Numbered from the stretch's first letter, positions 17,917 through 26,522 are shown. The stretch: 34,080 nucleotides of DNA from an uncultured delta proteobacterium (GCA_963812015.1 CAWETI010000005.1:1-34080), one strand, 5' to 3'. Made by a program: numbers and translations. The notes: generated by a model from the sequence alone, not told the origin.

Positions 17917-19218
17917 ATGAGAAAGACGTACATCTTAGATACCAATGTTTTGCTGCACGATCCCGATTCGTTGTTTTCTTTTGAAGATAATGCCATAGTG
18001 TTGCCGCTGTCGGTAGTTGAAGAGTTAGACCGTATTAAAAGAAGAAGTGACGAAGTTGGCAGGAATGCCCGGGAAGTATCCAGAAAATTGGACGAATTGC
18101 GGGTGAGAGGGCGGTTGTCGGAAGGAGTGGAACTGGCCAATGGCGGGTCGGTCCGTATTGAGATTAACGGTAATAAACCGGAGAATCAGCCATACGGCAT
18201 TGATTTAAATATCATTGACAACAGGATTCTGGCCCTGGCCTATGCGCACATGAATAATGGCCAGAGCCCGGTCATCCTGGTCACCAAAGATTTAAACCTG
18301 CGCATCAAGGCGGATGTCTTGGGGTTGGCCGCCGAAGATTTTTACAGCGATAAGGTGGATTATCATCAATTATACAGCGGCGTCAGAGAGTTGTACCTTG
18401 CCCCTGAAGCCATCGACCGGTTTTATCAAGAGGGGTCCCTGGAATATAACGACGGGGATCTGCACCCCCACCAGTTCTGCATCCTGAAACTGGGCGAATC
18501 GTCGTCAAAATCCGCCCTGGCCCGATATGGTCACCGCCGGCTCAATAAGCTGGCCCATGACGGCAAGGCGGTCTATGGCATCAAGGCGTTGAACAAGGAG
18601 CAGAAGTTCGCTCTGGATCTGCTCCTGGATGATGCTGTCCAGGTAGTGACCCTGGTGGGTAAGGCCGGCACCGGCAAGACCATCCTGGCCCTGGCGGCCG
18701 GGCTGGAAAAGGTCCTGGAAGGGGCCGGCAGATACAACCGTATCCTCATCACCCGGCCCATCGTGCCTTTGGGCAACGACATCGGCTACCTGCCCGGCGA
18801 CAAGGAAGATAAGATCAGGCCCTGGATGCAGCCCATTTACGACAACCTGGAATATCTGTGCAACGAACATATTCAACCCAACGGCTGCATCGATTATTTG
18901 ATCGCCAACGGCAAGATCGAACTGGAGGCTTTGACCTATATCCGGGGCCGGAGCATCCCGAAACAGTTTATCATCTGTGATGAGAGCCAAAATTTGAGCC
19001 CCCATGTGATCAAGACCATCCTCACCCGGGTGGGGCGGGGCAGCAAGATCATCTTCACCGGCGACCCGGAGCAGATCGACCATCCCTATCTGGACGCCTC
19101 CTCCAACGGCCTCAGTTACCTGGTGGAGAAAATCAAAGAGGAAGAAATATCCGGGCACATCACCCTGCTCAAGGGCGAGAGGTCCGGGATCGCCGAATTG
19201 GGCGCCAGGTTGCTGTAA
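17917..19218 (+). CDS. PIN-PhoH protein (PhoH2/YlaK type)
   Basis: PIN YILDTNVLLHDP...VVEELD...DNRIL...LVTKDLNLRIKA; PhoH GKAGTGKT, IGYLPG, YIRGRS, DESQN and TGDPEQID. Confidence 0.92.
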   Translation: MRKTYILDTNVLLHDPDSLFSFEDNAIVLPLSVVEELDRIKRRSDEVGRNAREVSRKLDELRVRGRLSEGVELANGGSVRIEINGNKPENQPYGIDLNIIDNRILALAYAHMNNGQSPVILVTKDLNLRIKADVLGLAAEDFYSDKVDYHQLYSGVRELYLAPEAIDRFYQEGSLEYNDGDLHPHQFCILKLGESSSKSALARYGHRRLNKLAHDGKAVYGIKALNKEQKFALDLLLDDAVQVVTLVGKAGTGKTILALAAGLEKVLEGAGRYNRILITRPIVPLGNDIGYLPGDKEDKIRPWMQPIYDNLEYLCNEHIQPNGCIDYLIANGKIELEALTYIRGRSIPKQFIICDESQNLSPHVIKTILTRVGRGSKIIFTGDPEQIDHPYLDASSNGLSYLVEKIKEEEISGHITLLKGERSGIAELGARLL

Positions 19219-19459
19219 GTGCGTCCCAGCGCGGCGCCCCGCCGTTGCCGCCCCTAAAGTGCGTCTGATTGCCCCGGCTATTCAGGGGCAGAGTATTCTT
19301 GCCGATATATATCGTAATCTTTTTATTGGGGTCCGGCCCAAAGTCGAGTATATATAGGGTAACGGCTCCAGAGGATAACTAGTAGTTTTCTATTAGGATT
19401 TGGTTAGCATCGGCTTTAAGGCGATTGCACGGGGCCCAAGGAGAACGCCGACTCTGGTC

Positions 19460-19747
19460 ATGGACGGATTCGAGGTAATGCATTCCCAGCCGGGGCAACT
19501 CAGCCTGGCCGTTGACAAACTCAAAGGCAACGATGACCTGGCCCGGGCCGTCCAGGCCGATTTGGGCGCCATCCGGGGTATCTACTCGGTGGAGGCCGAC
19601 CCTGCCCAGGGCCTGTTGGTGGTTGCCTACGATAAACAGCAGTTAATGTCTCTCATGTCGCTGCTCGCCTTGAAATCCGCCTTTGCCACTTTTTTCCCGG
19701 AAGTAAATGCCATGCAGCTGGCGGCCTGGCTCAGCCAGAGCCTATAA
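19460..19747 (+). CDS. Stand-alone HMA-like (HMA_2-type, no CxxC) domain protein
   Basis: VMHSQPGQLSL...LGAIRGIYSVEADPAQGLLVVAYD aligns by eye with the N-terminal domain of the downstream ATPase. Confidence 0.7.
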   Translation: MDGFEVMHSQPGQLSLAVDKLKGNDDLARAVQADLGAIRGIYSVEADPAQGLLVVAYDKQQLMSLMSLLALKSAFATFFPEVNAMQLAAWLSQSL

Positions 19748-19757
19748 AATGGACTAG

Positions 19758-19946
19758 GTCGTTTCGGGTTCGGGCGTTGAGAAAACTTGCCCCAAGGCCT
19801 TTCCCGGGGTGTTGGTCAGAATGTTTTGGCCCTTTGATGATCCGGCGGCGGCAGTTGGCTCGGAAGCGGAAAAGTTGGCAAAGTTCCGTGAAGTCAGGGA
19901 CCTGATAGAAGAACAAATCAAGTCGTGGTTAAGCAAAGTTACCTAA
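19758..19946 (+). pseudogene. arsC: C-terminal remnant of thioredoxin-coupled arsenate reductase
   Basis: Frame after TAG at 19755 reads ...EKTCPRPFPGVLVRMFWPFDDPAAAVGSEAEKLAKFREVRDLIEEQIKSWL*; the N-terminal CX5R loop is absent. Confidence 0.75.
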
Positions 19947-20041
19947 GCCATGACATTGCCTATTGTTATTGGGTGGCTATAATTAAAACATCTTAAGATT
20001 TACCGTTTGTATCCCGAGATCAGTCTCCGGAGGAAGGAATC

Positions 20042-20770
20042 ATGGCTGAAAAAGAACCGCGTGAAGCGAAAGGGATCGGCGACATGCTGGGCCAGGCCGG
20101 CACCACCGTGAAGGACGGCATCGTGGGCAGCCTCAAGGGGTTGCATGAGATCGAGGGCCAGATCGTCACCGTGGCGAGAGGCGCCGTTACCGACGCCCTG
20201 AAGACCACCGGCGCGGTGGCCACGGAAACCCTCAACGTGACCCGGGATGTTTTCCAGGGGGCGATTAAGGCCGCCGAGGAAGTGGGTTCCGGGCTCATCG
20301 TCAGCACCAAGAACGTGGCCAAGGGCATCATCCTGGGCGTCAGCGACGTGGGGGGGGATGTGGAGGCCGCGGCCAGCGAATTGGTCAAAGGCGCGGTCAA
20401 GGGCGCGGCGCAAATCGGCGGCGACGCCGCCCAGGTGGCCAAGAGTGCAGTCACCGGGGTCATCGAGGGCGCGACGGAGATCGGCGGCAACCTGGGCGGC
20501 ACCGCCAAGGCGGCCATCGGCGGCGCTTTAGAAGCCGCGGGCACCCTGGGCCAGAGCGCGGTCAAGAGCATCAGCGACATCCTGGTGGGGGCCGTGGAAG
20601 GGGTCAAGGAAGTGGCCTGCGCGGCCTGGCCGAAGTCCAAGGCCACTGCCGAGCCCCCGGATGAGACCAAGCCGGTTCCCGAGACTCATGCCGAGCAGAA
20701 AACCTCCCGGAGCAAAGGTGAGCCTGCGGCGGAAAAGCCCGGCAAAGGTGAGAAGTGGACACCGGCCTGA
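20042..20770 (+). CDS. Ala/Gly/Val-rich protein with about eight tandem 22-aa amphipathic repeats
   Basis: RBS GGAGG; e.g. VGSGLIVSTKNVAKGIILGVSD / VGGDVEAAASELVKGAVKGAAQ / IGGDAAQVAKSAVTGVIEGATE / IGGNLGGTAKAAIGGALEAAGT. Confidence 0.8.
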   Translation: MAEKEPREAKGIGDMLGQAGTTVKDGIVGSLKGLHEIEGQIVTVARGAVTDALKTTGAVATETLNVTRDVFQGAIKAAEEVGSGLIVSTKNVAKGIILGVSDVGGDVEAAASELVKGAVKGAAQIGGDAAQVAKSAVTGVIEGATEIGGNLGGTAKAAIGGALEAAGTLGQSAVKSISDILVGAVEGVKEVACAAWPKSKATAEPPDETKPVPETHAEQKTSRSKGEPAAEKPGKGEKWTPA

Positions 20771-20822
20771 AGAGCTGGTCAAAGTTATTCTTCATAGGTT
20801 GAGCCGAGGCTATTAAGACCAG

Positions 20823-23800
20823 ATGGTTCAGGCAATCCATACCGCGGTGGCGGGGCGGGTGAGGTTTAAGGTCGAGGGGCTCTACCGCTCCGAGGCCCTG
20901 AAGCGCACCCTGGAGGCCCATCTGGCGCGGCTCCAGGAGATTTCCCACGTCTCGGCCAACGCCCTGACGGGCAATGTCCTGGTATGCTTTAACTCGGGCA
21001 ACAATCCCCACACCATCGCCTCCCTGATCGAAGAAATCGTTGCAGACTTTCACCGCCATCTCCCCGACGTCGGACCGGAGGAGGCGCGGCCTGCTGCAGC
21101 CGGCCCCTCCCGGGCGGCCGCGGCGCCGCCTTCGCCCATCGCCAGATTAACGGCCCTGTTGTCTTGGACGGAGGCCCAGCCCGAGGGCCCCTGGCATCTT
21201 ATGGAGGCGGACGCGGTGTTGGCCACCCTGAAAACCTCCCAAACGGCAGGTCTGTCCCGCCAGGCGGTCAAGCGCAACAGCCAAAAATACGGCCCCAATG
21301 TCCTGCCCGAGGCCGAGCCCCGCTCCGGCTGGGAGATCTTTTCCCAGCAGTTCAAATCCCTGCCCGTGGCCCTGTTGGGGGCGGCCGCGGGCATTTCGGT
21401 GCTCACCGGGGGCGTCCTGGACGCGGTGCTGATCATGGGCGTGGTCACCATTAACGCCTTCATCGGCTACAAGACCGAAAGCGACGCCGAAAAGACCATC
21501 CGCTCCCTCCAAACCCTGGTCCGGCCCACGGCCCTGGTCATCCGGGCAGGCCGGATGCACGAAATCTCCGCGGCGGACCTCACTTTGGGGGATCTCCTGG
21601 TCCTGCGCCCGGGCAGCTATGTGGCGGCCGACTGCCGGCTGGTGGAGGCCACCCACCTGTCAGTGGATGAATCCGCCCTGACCGGGGAAAGCCTGCCCGT
21701 GGTCAAAACCACCGAGGCCTTGACCACGCCCAATATTCCCCTGGGGGACCGGCGCAACCTGGGTTTCATGGGGACCCTGGTGACCGGCGGGGAAGGGCTG
21801 GCCGTGGTGGTGGCCACGGGAAGTTATACGGAGATCGGCAAGATTCAAACCATGATGGGGGAAGCCACCACCCCGGAGACCCCGATGCAGCGCCAGTTGG
21901 GCCAGGTGGGCGATCAACTGGTGCTGGTGTGTTGCGGAGTATGCGGGGTGGTGTTCCTGGTGGGCTTTGCCCGGGGCCTGGGGCTCCTGGCGATGCTCAG
22001 GACCTCCATCTGCCTGGCGGCCGCGGCGGTGCCGGAAGGACTGCCCATGGTGGCCACCACCACCCTGTCCCTGGGCATCCGGGATATGCGGCGGCACAAG
22101 GTCTTGATCCGTCATCTGGACGCGGTGGAAACTTTGGGGTCCCTCCAGACCATCTGCCTGGACAAGACGGGCACTATCACCCGCAACGAGATGGTCGTCG
22201 TCGAGATCTTTACGGGCATGCGGTCCCTCCGGGTGGAGGGGGAGCGCTTTGTGGCGCCCGCCGGGTTGGTCTCTCCCTCCGCCTGTATGGAACTGCAACG
22301 GCTCCTGATGATGTCGGTGCTGTGCAACGAGACCGAAATTTACCGGGAAGGCGAGGCCTACCGGCTCCAGGGGACCCCCACGGAGGCGGCCCTGGTGCAC
22401 CTGGCCCTCAAGGTGGGCATCGATGTTTTCGCCTTGAGGCAGCAGTATCCGGTGCTGCGGATTAACTACCGCTCGGAAAACCGCCAGTTCATGGGCTCGC
22501 TCCACGATGAGCCGGCGGGGCGGAAGCTCGTGGCCATCAAGGGCAGTCCCCAGGAAGTCCTGGCCATGTGCACCGTGCACCTCAAGGATAACCAGGTGCT
22601 GCCCCTGACCGAGGCAGACCGGCAGGAAATCGAGGCCGAAAATGAACGTATGGCCGGGCAGGCCCAACGGGTCCTGGGAGTGGCCTACTCCGACCGGAAA
22701 GATCTGGTGAATGGCGAGCTGCCCAGCAGCCTGGTGTGGCTGGGCATCGTCGGCATGGCCGACCCCATCCGGGAGGGGGTGCGCGAGGCCATTGCCGCCT
22801 TCCACGGCGCCGGGATCGAGACCATTATGATTACCGGCGACCAAAGCGCCACGGCCTATGCCATCGGCAAGGAATTGAACCTCAGCCAGGCCGACCCGCT
22901 GGAAATCCTGGACTCCACCCACCTGGCCGATATTGATCCGGAAACCCTGCAAGCCCTGGCCAAGCGGGCCCACGTGTTCGCCCGGGTCAGCCCCGCCCAT
23001 AAGCTGCAGATTGTCCAGGTCCTCCAGCAGGCGGGCAAGGTGGTGGCCATGACCGGGGACGGGATCAATGACGGCCCCGCCCTCAAGGCCGCGGATGTGG
23101 GGATCGCCATGGGCAGCACGGGCACGGATATCGCCCGGGAGGTGGCCGACGTGGTGTTGGAAGAAGACAACCTGGACACCATGATCATCGCCATCCGGGA
23201 TGGACGCACCACCTATAATAACATTCGCAAATCCGTCCATTTTTTCCTGGCCACCAATTTGAGCGAGATCATGTTGACCTTCACGGCCCTGGCGGTGGGG
23301 CTGGGGGCTCCCCTGAACGCCATGCAGTTGTTGTGGATCAACCTGATCTCCGACATCTTCCCGGGATTGGCCCTGGCTATGGAGGCGCCGGAGCCGGATA
23401 TCATGACGCGCCCCCCCCGGGATCCCCAGCGGCCGATCTTTAACCGGTCCGACTTCAAGCGGATGAGCTTCGAGGGCGCGGCCATGACCGGCGGGGCCCT
23501 GGGGGCCTTCGGTTACGGGATCATGCGCTACGGCATGGGCGCCCGGGCCAGCACCCTGGCCTTCCACGGCCTCACGACCGGCCAGCTCCTCCACGCCCTC
23601 AGTTGCCGTTCGGAACAGCACAGTCTGCTGGGCCCCGGCAGCCTGCCCCCCAACCGCTACCTGACCCTGGCCCTGGGGGGCTCCCTGGCGGTACAGGCAT
23701 TAACCGCGGTGGTCCCCTGGTTCCGGACCATACTCGGTCTGACCCCCCTCGGCCTGGTGGATGCCCTGGTGGTGGCCGGCGCCGCGGTCCTGCCCCTTTT

Positions 23801-23858
23801 GGTGAATGAGGCCACCAAGCAGCCCCCCGCCGAGGCAGAGGAAGAAGAAATCTCGTGA
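20823..23858 (+). CDS. P2A-type (Ca2+-type) P-type ATPase with N-terminal HMA-like domain
   Basis: DESALTGES, VPEGLP, DKTGT, KGSP, MITGD, GDGINDGPAL, TNLSEI and QLLWINLISD; N-terminus HTAVAGRVRFKV...SANALTGNVLV. Confidence 0.93.
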   Translation: MVQAIHTAVAGRVRFKVEGLYRSEALKRTLEAHLARLQEISHVSANALTGNVLVCFNSGNNPHTIASLIEEIVADFHRHLPDVGPEEARPAAAGPSRAAAAPPSPIARLTALLSWTEAQPEGPWHLMEADAVLATLKTSQTAGLSRQAVKRNSQKYGPNVLPEAEPRSGWEIFSQQFKSLPVALLGAAAGISVLTGGVLDAVLIMGVVTINAFIGYKTESDAEKTIRSLQTLVRPTALVIRAGRMHEISAADLTLGDLLVLRPGSYVAADCRLVEATHLSVDESALTGESLPVVKTTEALTTPNIPLGDRRNLGFMGTLVTGGEGLAVVVATGSYTEIGKIQTMMGEATTPETPMQRQLGQVGDQLVLVCCGVCGVVFLVGFARGLGLLAMLRTSICLAAAAVPEGLPMVATTTLSLGIRDMRRHKVLIRHLDAVETLGSLQTICLDKTGTITRNEMVVVEIFTGMRSLRVEGERFVAPAGLVSPSACMELQRLLMMSVLCNETEIYREGEAYRLQGTPTEAALVHLALKVGIDVFALRQQYPVLRINYRSENRQFMGSLHDEPAGRKLVAIKGSPQEVLAMCTVHLKDNQVLPLTEADRQEIEAENERMAGQAQRVLGVAYSDRKDLVNGELPSSLVWLGIVGMADPIREGVREAIAAFHGAGIETIMITGDQSATAYAIGKELNLSQADPLEILDSTHLADIDPETLQALAKRAHVFARVSPAHKLQIVQVLQQAGKVVAMTGDGINDGPALKAADVGIAMGSTGTDIAREVADVVLEEDNLDTMIIAIRDGRTTYNNIRKSVHFFLATNLSEIMLTFTALAVGLGAPLNAMQLLWINLISDIFPGLALAMEAPEPDIMTRPPRDPQRPIFNRSDFKRMSFEGAAMTGGALGAFGYGIMRYGMGARASTLAFHGLTTGQLLHALSCRSEQHSLLGPGSLPPNRYLTLALGGSLAVQALTAVVPWFRTILGLTPLGLVDALVVAGAAVLPLLVNEATKQPPAEAEEEEIS

Positions 23859-23945
23859 GGCGTTGAAAAACGGTTAGTCACCCTGAGCATGCTTCCTTGG
23901 CCGGGAAGCCACCCCGCATGATGAAAAATTTACAGGATTTTCCTT

Positions 23946-25145
23946 ATGAGAAAAGACTTTGTGTTCAATTCCGAGTCCGTTACCGAGGGGCACCCGGATA
24001 AACTGTGTGATCAGATCAGCGATGCCATCGTGGACCACTTTCTGACCCAGGACCCCTTTGCCCGGGTGCGGGCCGAGTGCGCCATCTCCACCTCGATTCT
24101 GTTCATTGCCGCCCGGTTTGCCTCAGAAATCAAAGCGGATATCCCCAACCTGGCCCGCAAGGTAATCGGGCAGGTAGGCTATGTCCAGCCTGACTTTGAC
24201 GCCCGGACCTGCAGCATCTTGACCAGTCTCCAGGAGTATCCCTCCGACGCCGATCTCTTTTTCCATGAAAACCGGCTGTCGGAAGCCGAGATGGACCGGA
24301 TCCTCGTGCGACAGCAGGCCACGGTCTTCGGCTATGCCTGCCGGCAGACCGAGGTCTTGATGCCCCTGCCCATCTGGTTGGCCCATAAGCTGGCCCGCCA
24401 GTTGATCGCGGCCCGGCTCCAGCACCTGATTCCATACCTGTCCCCCGACGGCAAAACCCAGGTGGGCGTGGAATACCGGAACCGCAAACCCCGCCGGATC
24501 CACAGTATCACCATCATCGCCAGCCGCTCCAAATCCGCCGCGGCTAGCGTCAATATGAAGCAGCTCCATGACGATGTGATGGAAGCGGTGATCCGGCCAA
24601 CCTTTGTCGGCGAAGCCATCCGGCCGGATGACCAGACCATGATATTCATCAATCCGGTGGATAATCTCATGGTCGGGGGCCCGTCAGTGCATTCCGGTCT
24701 CACCGGCCGCAAAACCGACGTGGACCTGTACGGCGATTACGCCCGGCAGGGCGGCAATGCCCTCAGCGGCAAGGACCCCATGCGGATTGATCGGGTGGGA
24801 ACGTATGCGGCCCGCTATGCCGCCAAGAACCTGGTGGCCGCCGGCCTGGCGGAAGAATGTGAGGTGCAGCTCAGCTATTCCATCGGCCAGCCCCGGCCGG
24901 TGAGCATCATGGTGGAGACCTTCGGCACCGGCAAGCTCCCGGATGACGACCTGGCCCATTTGGTGGAGCAACACTTCGATTTTCGTCTGGCCGGCATCCT
25001 CAAGCGCTTTCAGCTCCGGCAGTTGCCGGCCCTCCACAAAGGCAAATTTTACCAGAAACTGGCGGCTTACGGACAGGTGGGGAGGGTGGACCTGAAGCTT
25101 CCCTGGGAAGAAACCGACAAAATCAGCCTGCTCCAAGAGCAATAA
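23946..25145 (+). CDS. metK: Methionine adenosyltransferase-like protein (divergent paralogue)
   Basis: SESVTEGHPDKLCDQISDAI, MPLPIWLAH, PDGKTQV, GLTGRK, SGKDP and AAYG; the GAGDQG motif is replaced. Confidence 0.85.
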   Translation: MRKDFVFNSESVTEGHPDKLCDQISDAIVDHFLTQDPFARVRAECAISTSILFIAARFASEIKADIPNLARKVIGQVGYVQPDFDARTCSILTSLQEYPSDADLFFHENRLSEAEMDRILVRQQATVFGYACRQTEVLMPLPIWLAHKLARQLIAARLQHLIPYLSPDGKTQVGVEYRNRKPRRIHSITIIASRSKSAAASVNMKQLHDDVMEAVIRPTFVGEAIRPDDQTMIFINPVDNLMVGGPSVHSGLTGRKTDVDLYGDYARQGGNALSGKDPMRIDRVGTYAARYAAKNLVAAGLAEECEVQLSYSIGQPRPVSIMVETFGTGKLPDDDLAHLVEQHFDFRLAGILKRFQLRQLPALHKGKFYQKLAAYGQVGRVDLKLPWEETDKISLLQEQ

Positions 25146-25206
25146 CGATGTCCCCGGAAAGTCTTCCGGTAGCGGAGGCGAAGGCTTAGGTGCCCAAGTT
25201 TCACAT

Positions 25207-25236
25207 AAAAAAGGCAACCCGGATTCTGGGTTGCCT
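25207..25236 (-). terminator. Rho-independent terminator of ssrA
   Basis: AGGCAACCC/GGGTTGCCT stem with a U-run on the minus strand. Confidence 0.8.
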
Positions 25237-25264
25237 GGTTAATTGATCAACTTGTTTAAGTAAT

Positions 25265-25611
25265 TGGTGGAGGCGGCGGGAGTCGAACCCGCGTCCGCCA
25301 ATAGTCCCTGGAAGCTTCTACATGCTTAGCCGGTGTTTTAGTTTCGCCCCCGAAGACTTCCACTGGCAGAATTCCCAGAGGCTATCCCGCTTGAGTTTTC
25401 GTCCGCCAACCCGCAGGCCTTATTGGCAGCTTTGCCAGGATGCCGTCATCTGGAGCCCTCTCCCGGCGTCGAGTTCCAGATGCTAGCCTTAAGCGGCTAG
25501 AGCGTAGCCGTAGTTGTCGGCAATTATGGTTTTCCTACCCGTTTAACGAGCGGACAGGACCTCGGCATGCAACTTACAGTTCTCCATTCACGTCGAAGCC
25601 GTTACGCCCCC
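25265..25611 (-). ncRNA. ssrA: tmRNA
   Basis: 5' GGGGGCGTAACGGCTTCGAC; 3' GGTTCGACTCCCGCCGCCTCCACCA; tag frame (A)ADNYGYALAA* at 25521-25489. Confidence 0.97.
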
Positions 25612-25619
25612 GTATTTAA

Positions 25620-25648
25620 ATTATAATCATTACTTGAGGTTTCCGCAA
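25620..25648 (-). promoter_or_regulatory. ssrA sigma70 promoter
   Basis: TTGCGG-17-TATAAT on the minus strand. Confidence 0.7.
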
Positions 25649-25684
25649 GCCCCCCTGCCCGGCGATTAAACGGTACCGGGCGCC

Positions 25685-26323
25685 CTAGCGGTTCGCCTGG
25701 AATTGCCGGGCCGCCCCCATCAAACGGTAGACCGAAGCGCCGGAGAGAGCGGCGATGTCCTCGGTGGGCAAATACCCGGGGATGGTTTCATCGAAGAGGA
25801 TATTGGCCTCGGGGGGAAATTCCTCGTCTCCGCCCCAGAGGATGTGGGTGATGGGCACCTTGGGAAAGGCCAGGAATCGGGCCGCGGCATCCCCCAGGGG
25901 CTGGGGCTCGCCTCCCAGGCTCGCCGCCACCTTGACGTAGAGCGCCAGATCGTGGCCGAAGGTCTCCAGCAAGGGCTTTTTGGCCCGGGAGACGAAGGCG
26001 GACCAGTAAAACCCGCCTTCCGGAACCTGGCGGAAATCGATGCTCCGGCCGGAGGGGGGCTCTCCCGAGGCGTTGAGCAGGTAGTGGAGGATGAGGATTT
26101 GCTCCGGCAGGGAAATCTCGCCGGCGCCGTTGACCGGGGTCACGCCGATCTCGGGCCAGGAGATGCGCCGCGCCTGCCCGAAATAGGGCACGATGAGGCC
26201 CTCGTGGGCCGCTTCGACAAAGTGTTGAGCGCCGGTGCGGTTCTCCAGCCGCTTGGGATTTATCTTCTGCAATTCCGCCACGGCCAGGGCGATGGCTGTC
26301 TTATAATCATCGATGCGGGGCAT
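25685..26323 (-). CDS. DUF3786-like protein
   Basis: QILILHYL, FRQVPEGGFYWSAF, FPKVPI..ILWGGDEEFPPEANILFD and LPTED. Confidence 0.85.
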   Translation of the reverse strand: MPRIDDYKTAIALAVAELQKINPKRLENRTGAQHFVEAAHEGLIVPYFGQARRISWPEIGVTPVNGAGEISLPEQILILHYLLNASGEPPSGRSIDFRQVPEGGFYWSAFVSRAKKPLLETFGHDLALYVKVAASLGGEPQPLGDAAARFLAFPKVPITHILWGGDEEFPPEANILFDETIPGYLPTEDIAALSGASVYRLMGAARQFQANR

Positions 26324-26493
26324 ACCGCCTCCCTTCAGTAATAGGTGCCGGATCGAGGCGGGCGGGTGCGGCAGCCGGCCACAGCCCGGCAGTGGCCCGG
26401 GGGGCGCCTTAATCCCGGTCCGGTCCGAGCTGCCGGTGAGGCACCTTCAGGGAAAAGCATATCATACTTGGCGTTTAGGCCAAAAAATTTCTA

Positions 26494-26522
26494 TTGACAC
26501 GGCGAAGGGAATATTTTAGGCT
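26494..26522 (+). promoter_or_regulatory. sigma70 promoter of the aromatic amino acid operon
   Basis: TTGACA(26494)-17-TAGGCT(26517). Confidence 0.65.

Noticed and set aside
6136..23621. Long antisense ORFs (e.g. 6136-7422, 7685-9025, 12981-14321, 21660-23621)
   Set aside because: They are shadows of high-GC genes on the opposite strand with no recognisable motifs.
23860..23945. SAM riboswitch upstream of the metK-like gene
   Set aside because: The spacer is short and has no S-box consensus features.
16420..25265. Genomic island integrated at the ssrA 3' end
   Set aside because: No integrase is present, I found no duplicated ssrA 3' sequence, and the native terminator directly follows ssrA.
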